Positions 1-9,063 of a stretch of 64,000 bases of DNA are shown in pieces. Position 1 is the stretch's first letter. Each line of letters begins with the position of its first letter. The DNA comes from Dehalococcoidales bacterium (GTDB lineage Bacteria > Chloroflexota > Dehalococcoidia > Dehalococcoidales > RBG-16-60-22). The notes under the pieces are model-generated. The model searched no databases. It was given only the letters and a program-made list of their open reading frames with translations, and was not told where the DNA came from. The stretch is from positions 1,157-65,156 of the forward strand of contig DAOULS010000111.1 in the NCBI GenBank assembly GCA_034418415.1, written 5' to 3'. The position numbers and the translations under genes were made by a program.

Positions 1-1
1 G

Positions 2-226
2 CATACCACCAAGACCGGCGAGCCGCGTATCGTCAAAGAATGCACCTATCCCCTGACCGCCGCAAGGTGCGTCGGCCTCATCATCACTGACCTCGCTGTC
101 ATAGAAGTCACGGACAAGGGGCTCGTTCTCAAGGAAATCGCCCCCGGCTGGACCGTTCCGGAGGTGCAGGCGCTTACCGCGGCAGGGCTTAAACCGGCCT
201 CGGATTTGAAGGAAATAGAGCTATAA
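2..226 (+). CDS. 3-oxoacid/acyl CoA-transferase beta subunit, C-terminal part (5'-truncated by window)
   Basis: Manual translation of frame 2: HTTKTGEPRIVKECTYPLTAARCVGLIITDLAVIEVTDKGLVLKEIAPG...EL*, which matches the ScoB/AtoA-type C-terminus. Not in the ORF track. Confidence 0.8.
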   Translation, partial: HTTKTGEPRIVKECTYPLTAARCVGLIITDLAVIEVTDKGLVLKEIAPGWTVPEVQALTAAGLKPASDLKEIEL

Positions 227-309
227 TTCTCAAATCCGTTCAACATTGACAAAAGAATCAGACTAACTGAAAATTAAAGAATGTCAGGAATGATAAGGAG
301 GGAAATATT

Positions 310-936
310 ATGGAATTAACGGATGTAATCAATAAAAGGTGCAGTATCAGAAATTTTAAGCCGACACCTGTGGAAAAAGCCAAGCTAGAGAGGGTACTGG
401 AATCGGGGAGGCGGGCGCCGTCGTGGGGCAACACCCAGCCCTGGCGTTTTATTGTGGTTCAGGATAAGGAAAAAGTAGCGACAATAGCTACCGCAGGTGG
501 GCAGCCCTTTCTAAATGCCCCGGTCTTAATTGTGTGCTGCGGCGTGGCGGATGACTTCTCGCGCAAGCACCATCGGGAGACCCTGGCGCAGTTGAGGGAT
601 TTGGGCGTTATGGACTGGGATGATAACATGCTGGATAACGTGGTTTTAGGTAGCGACGCCTACGCGCCGTACCGACTCGGCCAGCAGGCGATGACAATCA
701 GGGCCGCCGAGCAGTTGATGATTGCCGTGGCGTACATGACTCTGGAGGCGGTGAATCAGGGTCTGGGCACCTGCTGGGTTGGCGCGATAACCCCCAAGGA
801 AGTCCACAAGGTCATGAATTTACCGGACAACGTATTCGTGCATACCTTACTGCCCATCGGCTATCCTAATGAGGACCCCAAACCCCGCCCCCGGAGAGAC
901 GCCAAAGAAATCATTTTCTGGGGAAAATACGGGTAA
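310..936 (+). CDS. Nitroreductase family flavoprotein
   Basis: RCSIRNF, APSWGNTQPWRFIVV and GLGTCWVG motifs; RBS GGAGGG upstream. Confidence 0.9.
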   Translation: MELTDVINKRCSIRNFKPTPVEKAKLERVLESGRRAPSWGNTQPWRFIVVQDKEKVATIATAGGQPFLNAPVLIVCCGVADDFSRKHHRETLAQLRDLGVMDWDDNMLDNVVLGSDAYAPYRLGQQAMTIRAAEQLMIAVAYMTLEAVNQGLGTCWVGAITPKEVHKVMNLPDNVFVHTLLPIGYPNEDPKPRPRRDAKEIIFWGKYG

Positions 937-963
937 TTGATATCATAAAATGCTGAATATTAC

Positions 964-999
964 AGGCGCGACGGTGGGGTTGTTCCAGCGTCGCGTTTG
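964..999. terminator. Hairpin between convergent genes, probable terminator
   Basis: Arms aggcgcgacg / cgtcgcgttt. Confidence 0.55.
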
Positions 1000-1004
1000 T
1001 GCGT

Positions 1005-1116
1005 GCGGTTGCTACTCTTTTACCTTATAGACCTTGCACAACAGTGCACGCCTGGCCCATCTTGTCCAGTTAGTGAAGTACTACAATTTGTTCTTTATCA
1101 GCTTAAGTTCTTCCAT
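1005..1116 (-). repeat. Chimeric remnant: copy of the GH39 3' end joined to a copy of the molybdoenzyme 3' end
   Basis: 1066-1116 matches 1143-1193 at 43/51 nt; 1012-1059 matches 3477-3524 at 43/48 nt (aligned by eye). Confidence 0.85.
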
Positions 1117-1118
1117 TA

Positions 1119-3389
1119 TTAAAATAGTGTTATAAACCCTGCCCAGTTAGCAAAATACTCCAGTTTGCTCTTTATCGGATTAAGTTCTTCCATGAGCGCA
1201 GGGATTTCGTCCTCATACCCGGTTGATTTGAGATATCCGATGCGTTCGTTTAGTAGTGTAAAGCGTTCTACGTCGTTCAGTGCTGTTGTCGCCAGCAGGC
1301 GAATACGTAGTTCATCGACTTCGGCAGAATAACTAGAACCAAGCGACTTTAAAAGTGTGTATAGTGACCAGAGGGCTTTCTGTCCCCAGATACTATAGGG
1401 GTTGATTGTTTCCTTTCCAGTAGCCGAGAAGGAATCTTCTATTATCTGTTCGAACGCTTGCCTGGCGCTGGTTCTATCGCCGGCATTTAGTTTTTCCAAG
1501 GCTGAAATATAAGCGGTCTCTTCTTTAACGAGGCGTTCGATGTGGAGATTTGTATTTAGTTGCGGTGGCAATGCCTCTTCACCGATTACTATCAGTGACA
1601 CTGAGTTTGGCGGCAGGCTGAAACGAAAGGTCACCTGTCCATCCTTACTTTCTAAATTGTCCGTTCGCTCAATGATTTTCAATTTCGAGTCTTCTTCTAC
1701 CAAGCGATATTCACTCCAAGAAATAGTCGTATCCACCTCATGGTTTGCCCAAGCATTGCTGTTAACACTATCAATCTGATAGCGTTTCATATTTGTCCAT
1801 TCTTCTGGCAATTCCGTTATGGTGAGGTTGACGTCTTGAACGTCGCTTTTACACTCATCATCCGTTTCATTAAAATGATACAGCAGTACCTGAACCCCGT
1901 TCTCGGTGCGGGCAGCGAATCCGTGAACAGGATCACCGCATTCGCTGCCGCTAAGCTCGATACGTTCATCGCCCATTTTTGCCAAAAGGATGTAGGCATT
2001 CAGAATGGGCATCGGCACGAAATAGTCTCCAGACATGATTGATAAATATCGTTGTACAAAATTATTCGTAAAACCAAACCTCATCACACGGCTGGGATAT
2101 TTCTCCGGCTCATTGAGAGTGCCATCGATGAACCGGCTTAAATAAGCAGCGTCGTAATTCGTATATAAAGTGTATCCTCTTTCATAGTTCGTATATATAC
2201 CATTGATCCATTTGAATAAAACCTGCCCCCATTCATCTATAATCGTGGGAATGTCTGCAAGAGACGGGTATTGATTAATTATACCCAATTTTTCTCCTGC
2301 ATTTTGAAGGTGAGCATCAATTGTCTCGTAGGAATGCCAGAAAATGGCGTCAAGGGGTGCACCTTTACCCCCGGTTGCAAAGTTTGTTCCATTAACACAA
2401 TGCTCGATAAATGGTCTTAACCAGTCGTGAAAGGCTATATTAGGGCCGCCCACTTTTAATTGTTCATCGGCTGTTTTGATACCATCGGCGAAGTAATCGT
2501 ACATTTTTAAATAACTCTCCATGCTTCCCGTAAAAAAAGCGTCAATATCGGGCTCGTTACGAAGCACAAAGAACCACGTCCGTACCTCTTCGATTCCATA
2601 CCTCGCGATGCAATGCTTGGCAGTTTGGTACATCAGTTCCCGGAATTTGTCATGGTCGTTCGGCCCGTTAATCAATGATCCCTGAAAATTACGTACTTTT
2701 TCGTTTTCGTCCACGAGGTCCTCTGGCATATACTCAAGTTGCAGGACGGGCTTGAGCCCATGTGATACGAACATGTCTAGCATGGCATCGAGAAACCAGA
2801 AATTATACTGCGGATTTCCTTGTTCATCTTCGGTATAAAGAGGACCGGGGCCGAAAGAAGACGAAGGAGGAGAGGTCTGAGGGAGTTCGCCATATTGAAC
2901 CAGTTGCTTGACATATCCGGTAAAATCCTCGGATATGCCATCGGAAAAAATACCATCAGCCCGTGCATATTGAAAGATACCTGTCTGACGGATTAGTTCC
3001 CAGAACGGCAGGTTAGCATCACTAACGGCCGTTCCATAGCTTTCAAGAATATAACCGTCCCATATATTATGGTCGATGTCACCTACCACTTTTTCAACAT
3101 TAACTCCGAGACTATAAGAAGGAGGTGGCAGATTTGTTAAATCGGTGACGGGTGGCCTGCAATCAGGTGAAGGTACGCCCAGATATGGTGAGACATCGAA
3201 CCAGGGCAGAGGTTCATCGGAGGTCGTTGTTGGTTGGGTTGCTAGCTCCGGTTCTGGTTGAGAAGTTGGAGTTGTTGATTGGCCTGGTTCAGTTTCTGTT
3301 TGAGATGGCTCCGCCGCTGGGCAGCCGGTCAAAACCATTACGAAACAAAGGATAATTATGATACTTGTTGTAAGCTTTGCGATATCCAT
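1119..3389 (-). CDS. Glycoside hydrolase family 39-like lipoprotein (beta-xylosidase/iduronidase-like)
   Basis: Lipobox VLTGC, Pro/Thr/Gln linker, YNFWFLDAMLD..GLKPVLQL..MP, acid/base NEPD, nucleophile IIDEWG, helical C-terminal extension. Confidence 0.8.
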   Translation of the reverse strand: MDIAKLTTSIIIILCFVMVLTGCPAAEPSQTETEPGQSTTPTSQPEPELATQPTTTSDEPLPWFDVSPYLGVPSPDCRPPVTDLTNLPPPSYSLGVNVEKVVGDIDHNIWDGYILESYGTAVSDANLPFWELIRQTGIFQYARADGIFSDGISEDFTGYVKQLVQYGELPQTSPPSSSFGPGPLYTEDEQGNPQYNFWFLDAMLDMFVSHGLKPVLQLEYMPEDLVDENEKVRNFQGSLINGPNDHDKFRELMYQTAKHCIARYGIEEVRTWFFVLRNEPDIDAFFTGSMESYLKMYDYFADGIKTADEQLKVGGPNIAFHDWLRPFIEHCVNGTNFATGGKGAPLDAIFWHSYETIDAHLQNAGEKLGIINQYPSLADIPTIIDEWGQVLFKWINGIYTNYERGYTLYTNYDAAYLSRFIDGTLNEPEKYPSRVMRFGFTNNFVQRYLSIMSGDYFVPMPILNAYILLAKMGDERIELSGSECGDPVHGFAARTENGVQVLLYHFNETDDECKSDVQDVNLTITELPEEWTNMKRYQIDSVNSNAWANHEVDTTISWSEYRLVEEDSKLKIIERTDNLESKDGQVTFRFSLPPNSVSLIVIGEEALPPQLNTNLHIERLVKEETAYISALEKLNAGDRTSARQAFEQIIEDSFSATGKETINPYSIWGQKALWSLYTLLKSLGSSYSAEVDELRIRLLATTALNDVERFTLLNERIGYLKSTGYEDEIPALMEELNPIKSKLEYFANWAGFITLF

Positions 3390-3421
3390 TTTTCTCTTTA
3401 TTATAAGGGGATTTATCTTAA

Positions 3422-3473
3422 TGATACCTCAGGAGCGATTCGAATGCTCAATACGCGGTATAGTAAACCGCGG
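3422..3473 (-). pseudogene. Degenerate tRNA-Arg fragment (anticodon arm to CCA end), att-like
   Basis: Ungapped 43/52 nt match to tRNA-Arg 6829-6880, same orientation. Confidence 0.8.
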
Positions 3474-3476
3474 TTT

Positions 3477-5708
3477 CTACTCTTCTACCTTATAGACCTT
3501 GCACAAGAGCGCCCGGCTGGCCCACCCCCCGGTTAATGGGTCGCAGAACTCGTCGCCATCCGGCGTGAGGACATTGGCGTTGGACTGGAACACGCCGAAG
3601 AGACACGGGTCTTCCCCCGGCTGTTCGGGGAACCACCAGCTTGCCTCGGCGTTGACCACGTCCGGCAGTATGTCCGGGCTTAAGCTGGCTCTCATCTTGA
3701 TACGACCCCGCCTCGTCTCAATCCAGACCCACTCGCCTTCTTTGATTCCCAGCTTCCCGGCCGTCTCGAGGTGGATGGTCAATAGCGGGTCGGGGTGCCT
3801 CTCACGCATGCCCAGGCCGAGCTGCCGGTGCTCGGAATGGAAAAACGGCATAAAACGCCCGCCAGTGTTGAGAATCAGGGGATATTCTTTAGCGACATCC
3901 GGTGTGCTTATCGGCGACTCCGGCGGTTCTTCGTAAAATGGCAGCGGGTCTTGCCCCAGCTTCTCCATCACCGTACTGTAAAGCTCCAGCTTTCCCGATG
4001 CCGTGGCGAACCCATCTTCCTCGTATTTTTTATATTTCCTCGTGCCCAGTATGTAACCTGTTTTGGTAAACTCCTCGTAGGTAATCCCCAGGGGCTTGAG
4101 ACGGTAAGCGATGACCTCCTCCACGGTCTCCCACGGCCAGTCGCTTTTGTCCTGTCCTGTTGCCAGCGCCAGGTCCCGGAAAAATGTGTAGTCGTCTTTC
4201 CTTTCCCCCAAGGGCGTAATCGGCCTCTCCCCGCCCCACACCACGTCGGTAAAGTCCTCCTGCGTGGAGCACATGGGACGCTCCAGCCAGCTTGCCGCCG
4301 GCAGAACGTAGTCCGCCAGTTGCGCCGTGGGCGTCATCCAGTATTCCTGCACCACGCTTAGTTCCAGGTTCGGACTTTTCAGGGCTTCGTAAATACGCCT
4401 GATATTGGGACCCCACATTAACGGATTGGAGCCCCAGGTAATGGCGGCTTTAATGGGGTAGGGTTTGCCGGTCATTATGGCTTCGGATGCCATCGGCACA
4501 AACGCGCCGAGACGGTGCATCGTGGTCTGGTTGACCCCGTGCCTTTGGTGCCAGGGCGTATTGGTCAGCTCGTAGCCCCGCCAGGTCATCAGCGGCGCTT
4601 TCTCCTGCCCCATCTGCAGCTTCTTTATTTCTTTAGGCAGCCTTTCGGTAAGCTCCAGCTGGGCGTCGCGGATGAACATCTTGCCGTCGATTATCGGCCC
4701 CACCGACGGTATCAGGTCGCCGCCCCGTATATCGATGTTGCCGGTGATGGCTCTGACCGCGTTCCTTGCCTGGCTGACCCTGGCGGAGTTGGGCCCCAGC
4801 TGGTCGGTTGCCAGTCCGCGGTAAAGCGTGGCCGGTTTCGTGGTGGCGTAAAGCCTTGCCGATGCTGTTATCTGCTCCGCCGGGACCCCGGTAATTTGGG
4901 CGACCCGCTCGGGGGGATATTCCCTGGCTCTTTCGGCAAGTTTGTCGAATCCGCTCGTCCACTTATCGACGAACTCCTTATCGTACAGGTTTTCATTGAT
5001 GATGACGTTTATCCAGCCCATGAACAGCGCCGTGTCCGTGCCCGGCCTTATCTGGAGGTGGATATCGGCGTCCCGTGCAATCTTGGTGATGACCGGGTCG
5101 ATGACGATGAGCTTCAGGGGCGCCTGCTGCCGTCGTCTCACAATCGATGCCAGCGTACGCTGCGACGACTCGTGGGGCCTCAACCCCGAGAGGACGAGGC
5201 AGCTGGTATGGGCGATATCGGGGGTCGCCATCACGGAATCGCCCATCATCGCCTGTTCTGTGGCGAGGCAGTTGAGCGTGCAGACGACGCCGGGATGAAA
5301 GACATTTTGCGGATTGCCGAAGAGGTTGCAGAAACGGGACCTCGCCCAGATATTCTGACCGCGGTACGTCCCCTCGAAAAAGGCCAGCGACTGCGCCCCG
5401 TATTCGGCTTTGAGTTCGTTGAGCTTGCCGGCTATCTCGCCGATGGCTTGCTCCCAGCCGATTCTCTGCCACTTGCCCTCGCCCCGTTTGCCCTCCCTTT
5501 TCAGGGGGTAATGGAGCTGGTCGGGGTGGTAAAGCCACTTGATGGCGTACTTCAACCTTTCGCAGCTGAAACCACGACTCAGCCGGTGTTCCGGGTTCGG
5601 CTCCACCTTGACGATTTTATTGTCCTTTACGTGTACCAGCACGCCGCAGCTTACGGCGCAGAAGCAGCACCCCGCCTTTTTTATCTCTTCTTCAGCCATA
5701 TCCCCCAC
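3477..5708 (-). CDS. Bis-MGD molybdopterin/tungstopterin oxidoreductase (DMSO reductase family, acetylene hydratase-like clade)
   Basis: N-terminal CxxCxxxC...C [4Fe-4S] motif, YPLKR.GKRGEGKW, IRPGTDTAL, ADYVLPAASWLE, C-terminal WWFPE..NANVLT. The start may be 5699 (MAEEE). Confidence 0.9.
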   Translation of the reverse strand: MGDMAEEEIKKAGCCFCAVSCGVLVHVKDNKIVKVEPNPEHRLSRGFSCERLKYAIKWLYHPDQLHYPLKREGKRGEGKWQRIGWEQAIGEIAGKLNELKAEYGAQSLAFFEGTYRGQNIWARSRFCNLFGNPQNVFHPGVVCTLNCLATEQAMMGDSVMATPDIAHTSCLVLSGLRPHESSQRTLASIVRRRQQAPLKLIVIDPVITKIARDADIHLQIRPGTDTALFMGWINVIINENLYDKEFVDKWTSGFDKLAERAREYPPERVAQITGVPAEQITASARLYATTKPATLYRGLATDQLGPNSARVSQARNAVRAITGNIDIRGGDLIPSVGPIIDGKMFIRDAQLELTERLPKEIKKLQMGQEKAPLMTWRGYELTNTPWHQRHGVNQTTMHRLGAFVPMASEAIMTGKPYPIKAAITWGSNPLMWGPNIRRIYEALKSPNLELSVVQEYWMTPTAQLADYVLPAASWLERPMCSTQEDFTDVVWGGERPITPLGERKDDYTFFRDLALATGQDKSDWPWETVEEVIAYRLKPLGITYEEFTKTGYILGTRKYKKYEEDGFATASGKLELYSTVMEKLGQDPLPFYEEPPESPISTPDVAKEYPLILNTGGRFMPFFHSEHRQLGLGMRERHPDPLLTIHLETAGKLGIKEGEWVWIETRRGRIKMRASLSPDILPDVVNAEASWWFPEQPGEDPCLFGVFQSNANVLTPDGDEFCDPLTGGWASRALLCKVYKVEE

Positions 5709-5876
5709 AGCTTGCCATATTTGTATTATTTAATGCAAATATGACTTCATTGCTAGGAAAAATATTATTGTAAAAAGTATTGACAAACTCTCTGGCAGGA
5801 CTATAATTAGAATGCCCTCAATTCCAGGACTCCTGATACCAATTAGATAAAGTGCCATAGTTGGAAGAAAGGAGGC

Positions 5877-6779
5877 TTGGCTATGGTTAAAATTGCAACG
5901 TTCAATGCAGAAAACTTATTTGCTAGGTACAAATTCCGAGAAAATGCCGACCCGCTCAATATGGAGGGCTTCACCATTAACGACCTTGCCTTCGATATAT
6001 ATGAGGAGACGTCCAAACAGATAACGGCAGCGGCTGTTAAAGCCACAAAAGCTGACGTATTGGCACTGCAGGAGGTAGAAAGCCTTCCGGTGCTGGACCG
6101 TTTCAATTCAAGGTATCTGGGTGGGAGGGGATACAAACACAGAATCGTCATCGATGCTTTTGACCCCCGCATGATTGATGTGGCTGTACTAAGTAAGTAT
6201 CCCATCGTAGGCGTCAAGACCTATCGACAGGAAAGAAATAAAAAGAACTCCGCTTTTCTATTCTCCCGTGATTGCCTCCAGGTTACTCTGGATATTGATG
6301 GTAAGCCTCTCGTTATGTATGTGAATCATTTCAAATCGATGATCCCCAAACGTTCGGAAACAAAAGAACGTCGTCAGGAGCAGGTAGAGAGGGTCGCCAG
6401 CATTGTAAAAGAGCAATGGGAAGCGAAGGAGTATAAGGGAAACTTCGTGGTACTGGGTGATTTTAATGACTACATTGAAGGTGATACGTCATTGACAGCA
6501 CTCATTAATCACCCCGGCCTGGTGAACGTATCGGAGCGGCTTCCGGAAGACGAAAGATGGACACATTATTGGGCGGGTGGGAACGAGTCCCGCCAACTGG
6601 ATTTCATACTGTTATCCAAGAGTTTGGGTGCTCTCAATTCTAACAAGCCCGAGATTATGCGGAAAGGTCTTCCTTGGAGGGCCGATAAGTATACCGGTGA
6701 GCGACTGGATAACGTCGGTGAAAACCATCCCAAGGCATCTGACCACTGCCCTCTAATCATGGATTTGAAACTAAGCTAA
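5877..6779 (+). CDS. Endonuclease/exonuclease/phosphatase (EEP) family protein
   Basis: ATFNAENLF, DVLALQEVE, NHFKS, GDFND, LDFILLS and SDHCP motifs. Confidence 0.9.
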   Translation: MAMVKIATFNAENLFARYKFRENADPLNMEGFTINDLAFDIYEETSKQITAAAVKATKADVLALQEVESLPVLDRFNSRYLGGRGYKHRIVIDAFDPRMIDVAVLSKYPIVGVKTYRQERNKKNSAFLFSRDCLQVTLDIDGKPLVMYVNHFKSMIPKRSETKERRQEQVERVASIVKEQWEAKEYKGNFVVLGDFNDYIEGDTSLTALINHPGLVNVSERLPEDERWTHYWAGGNESRQLDFILLSKSLGALNSNKPEIMRKGLPWRADKYTGERLDNVGENHPKASDHCPLIMDLKLS

Positions 6780-6828
6780 AGAAAATCCCCGTTAGCCACT
6801 TAGTCGAAACATGATTAGCTTCCAAAGG

Positions 6829-6905
6829 TGGTACCCCAGGAGCGACTCGAACGCTCGACACGCGGTTTAGGAAACCGCTGCTCTATCCACCTGAGCTACT
6901 GGGGC
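6829..6905 (-). tRNA. tRNA-Arg (anticodon CCT)
   Basis: Reverse complement GCCCCAGTAGCTCAGGTGGATAGAGCAGCGGTTTCCTAAACCGCGTGTCGAGCGTTCGAGTCGCTCCTGGGGTACCA folds as a cloverleaf; CCA is encoded. Confidence 0.95.
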
Positions 6906-7075
6906 ATGTGCTTCAAGTGTAATTCTAACAATTGAAAGCCCTCTCTGCAACCGTTATTAGTTATCTCGCCCTATTTGCTATTTTCAATACGCTGGTATAT
7001 CATTTTTTAAACGAGTCGCCAGAGCAAAAATGGTGCGGAAAATCCGGTAGCCCCCGCCGCCTGGCGTGATTTTTT

Positions 7076-8101
7076 ATGGAAACGTTGCTTTTTCGGGTGG
7101 ACGCAGGACCCCAAATCGGCACGGGGCACTTGATGCGCTGCCTGGCGCTGGCGCAGGCATGGAAGGATCAGGGCGGTAAAGCTGTCTTTATTACATCGTG
7201 CCGGGTTGAAGGACTGCTGGCACGACTCCGCGATGAAGGTTTTGAGGTTCGTGCCGTTCCTGACTCTGACGACTGGCCGGATACGCATAAAATTCTTACT
7301 GAATATCCTGGTACATGGGTAGCCCTGGACGGCTATCACTTCGACGGCGCGTATCAGCAAAAGATAAAGGGGCTGGGCTGCCGTTTGCTCGTCATCGATG
7401 ACATGGCGCACCTGGAAAATTACTATGCGGATATCGTGCTCAACCAGAACCTGCACGCCGAACTGCTTCAATATACCTGCGAGCCCCATACGCGCCTCTT
7501 GCTGGGTACGAAATATGTGTTATTAAGAAGGGAGTTCCGTGCCTGGCAGGGCAAAAAACGGACGGCGCCTGAAAAAGCCCGCCGTGTCCTGGTGACTTTA
7601 GGCGGTGCCGACCCCGCTAACCACACGCTCAAGGTAGTCCGGGCTTTACAGCAGGTAGACATTCCCGACCTTGAAGCCACTGTTATCATTGGCGGCAGCA
7701 ATGCCAATGCTGATATACTGCAGGCGGAGACCGCGCGGGGTAATGTGAAAATCCGCCTGGTTCGGGACGTAAAAAATATGCCGGAACTGATGGCAAGGGC
7801 GGACGTGGCGGTGGTATCGGCGGGCACTACGGTCTGGGAGCTGGCGTTCCTGGGAGTGCCGTGTATTGTGGGGATTACCGCCGAAATCGAAGTATATCTG
7901 GTCAAGGGTCTCCGCAAGTACGGCCTGTTTACGGATATCGGCTGGTTTAAAGATGCTTCTGTAGAGCAGTTAAAAAACACCTTGCTGGACTTGATACAGG
8001 ACAGGGAAAGACGGCAAAGCATGACTGAATTGGGACAGCGCCTCGTCGACGGCGCCGGGTGCGATAATACTATCAAAGAGTTGCTCGGACGTAAGGTATA
8101 A
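7076..8101 (+). CDS. pseG: UDP-2,4-diacetamido-2,4,6-trideoxy-beta-L-altropyranose hydrolase-like (GT-B fold)
   Basis: FRVDAGPQIGTGHLMRCLALA, DGYHFD, IDD, LLGTKYVLLRREF and LVTLGGAD motifs. Confidence 0.8.
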   Translation: METLLFRVDAGPQIGTGHLMRCLALAQAWKDQGGKAVFITSCRVEGLLARLRDEGFEVRAVPDSDDWPDTHKILTEYPGTWVALDGYHFDGAYQQKIKGLGCRLLVIDDMAHLENYYADIVLNQNLHAELLQYTCEPHTRLLLGTKYVLLRREFRAWQGKKRTAPEKARRVLVTLGGADPANHTLKVVRALQQVDIPDLEATVIIGGSNANADILQAETARGNVKIRLVRDVKNMPELMARADVAVVSAGTTVWELAFLGVPCIVGITAEIEVYLVKGLRKYGLFTDIGWFKDASVEQLKNTLLDLIQDRERRQSMTELGQRLVDGAGCDNTIKELLGRKV

Positions 8102-9063
8102 TGAAAGAGACGATGAAGAACAGGCGTGTTCTGGTTACCGGCGGCGCTGGTGTTATCGGCCAGGAACTCTTACAGTTGCTAAGCGATAAACAGGCGGACG
8201 TCCTCTCGGTTGACCGCCGTCCCCTTTCCCGCGGCGAAAAACCCGGTGTGACTCACCTCCTTAAAGACCTGGCGGTAGATAGTCTGGACGAACTGGTTGA
8301 TTTTCAGCCGGAAATTATCTTTCACCTGGCGGCAACCTTCGAGCGCTCCAAGGAGTCCCCCGAATTCTGGAAGGACAACTGGCTGGATAACGTTTTGCTA
8401 AGCCACCGACTCTGCGAGCAGCTGAAAAAAATGCCCGACCTTAAGGTGCTGGTCTTTGCCTCCAGCTATCTGCTTTACTCGACCTCTCTGTATCTCTCAC
8501 CTTCGGTGCCGGGTAAAGTGACGTATCTTAAGGAGACCGACCCCGTTGTGCCCCGCAATCTCTGCGGTGCCGCCAAGCACTATACGGAGGGGGAAATCAG
8601 GTTCGTCAGGGAGGTGGAAAGTCCGTCGTTGCGTACCGTCGATGCCCGTATCTTTCGCGTTTACGGCTGCGGTTCTAAAGACGTGATTTCCCGGTGGGTC
8701 AGGGCGGCTCTTACCGGACAGGAAATCCGGGTGTATCATAAGGAGAACCGCTTCGACTATGTTTTTGCCGGCGATGTCGCTGCTGGACTGCTCAAATTAG
8801 CAGCAAGCCCTGCCGCCGCCGGCGCGGTAAACTTAAGCTGCGGAACGGCGCGCAGGGTTGAGGATGTCTTGAGTATTTTGCAGGAGCTTGTACCCGCCTG
8901 CCGCTCGAAAATAAAGTATATTGATGTAGATGAACTCTATGAAGCCAGTGGCGCCGATATATCCATGTTGAAAAAACTGACCGGTTGGACGCCGCCAACC
9001 GACCTTAAAAAAGGTATCGAGATACTGGTGGATTTTGAAAAAAGCAGGGAAAATAAATCATGA
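8101..9063 (+). CDS. NAD-dependent epimerase/dehydratase (extended SDR)
   Basis: VLVTGGAGVIG, IFHLAA, FASS, RIFRVYG. The catalytic YxxxK appears as LCGAAK. Confidence 0.85.
   Translation: MKETMKNRRVLVTGGAGVIGQELLQLLSDKQADVLSVDRRPLSRGEKPGVTHLLKDLAVDSLDELVDFQPEIIFHLAATFERSKESPEFWKDNWLDNVLLSHRLCEQLKKMPDLKVLVFASSYLLYSTSLYLSPSVPGKVTYLKETDPVVPRNLCGAAKHYTEGEIRFVREVESPSLRTVDARIFRVYGCGSKDVISRWVRAALTGQEIRVYHKENRFDYVFAGDVAAGLLKLAASPAAAGAVNLSCGTARRVEDVLSILQELVPACRSKIKYIDVDELYEASGADISMLKKLTGWTPPTDLKKGIEILVDFEKSRENKS

Noticed and set aside
3477-5708. Calling the enzyme acetylene hydratase, formate dehydrogenase or a selenoprotein
   Set aside because: The catalytic Asp is absent, there is no in-frame TGA, and there are no Fdh partner genes.
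4515-5744. 409-aa plus-strand ORF, and similar long antisense ORFs (29334..30395, 32053..33072, 44516..45565, 9836..10675)
   Set aside because: They lie entirely opposite well-supported genes and have no recognisable motifs; this is expected in GC-rich coding DNA.
5831-5842. ctcctgatacca as a further tRNA-Arg remnant
   Set aside because: Only ~12 nt, gapped, and in the opposite orientation; compatible with chance.
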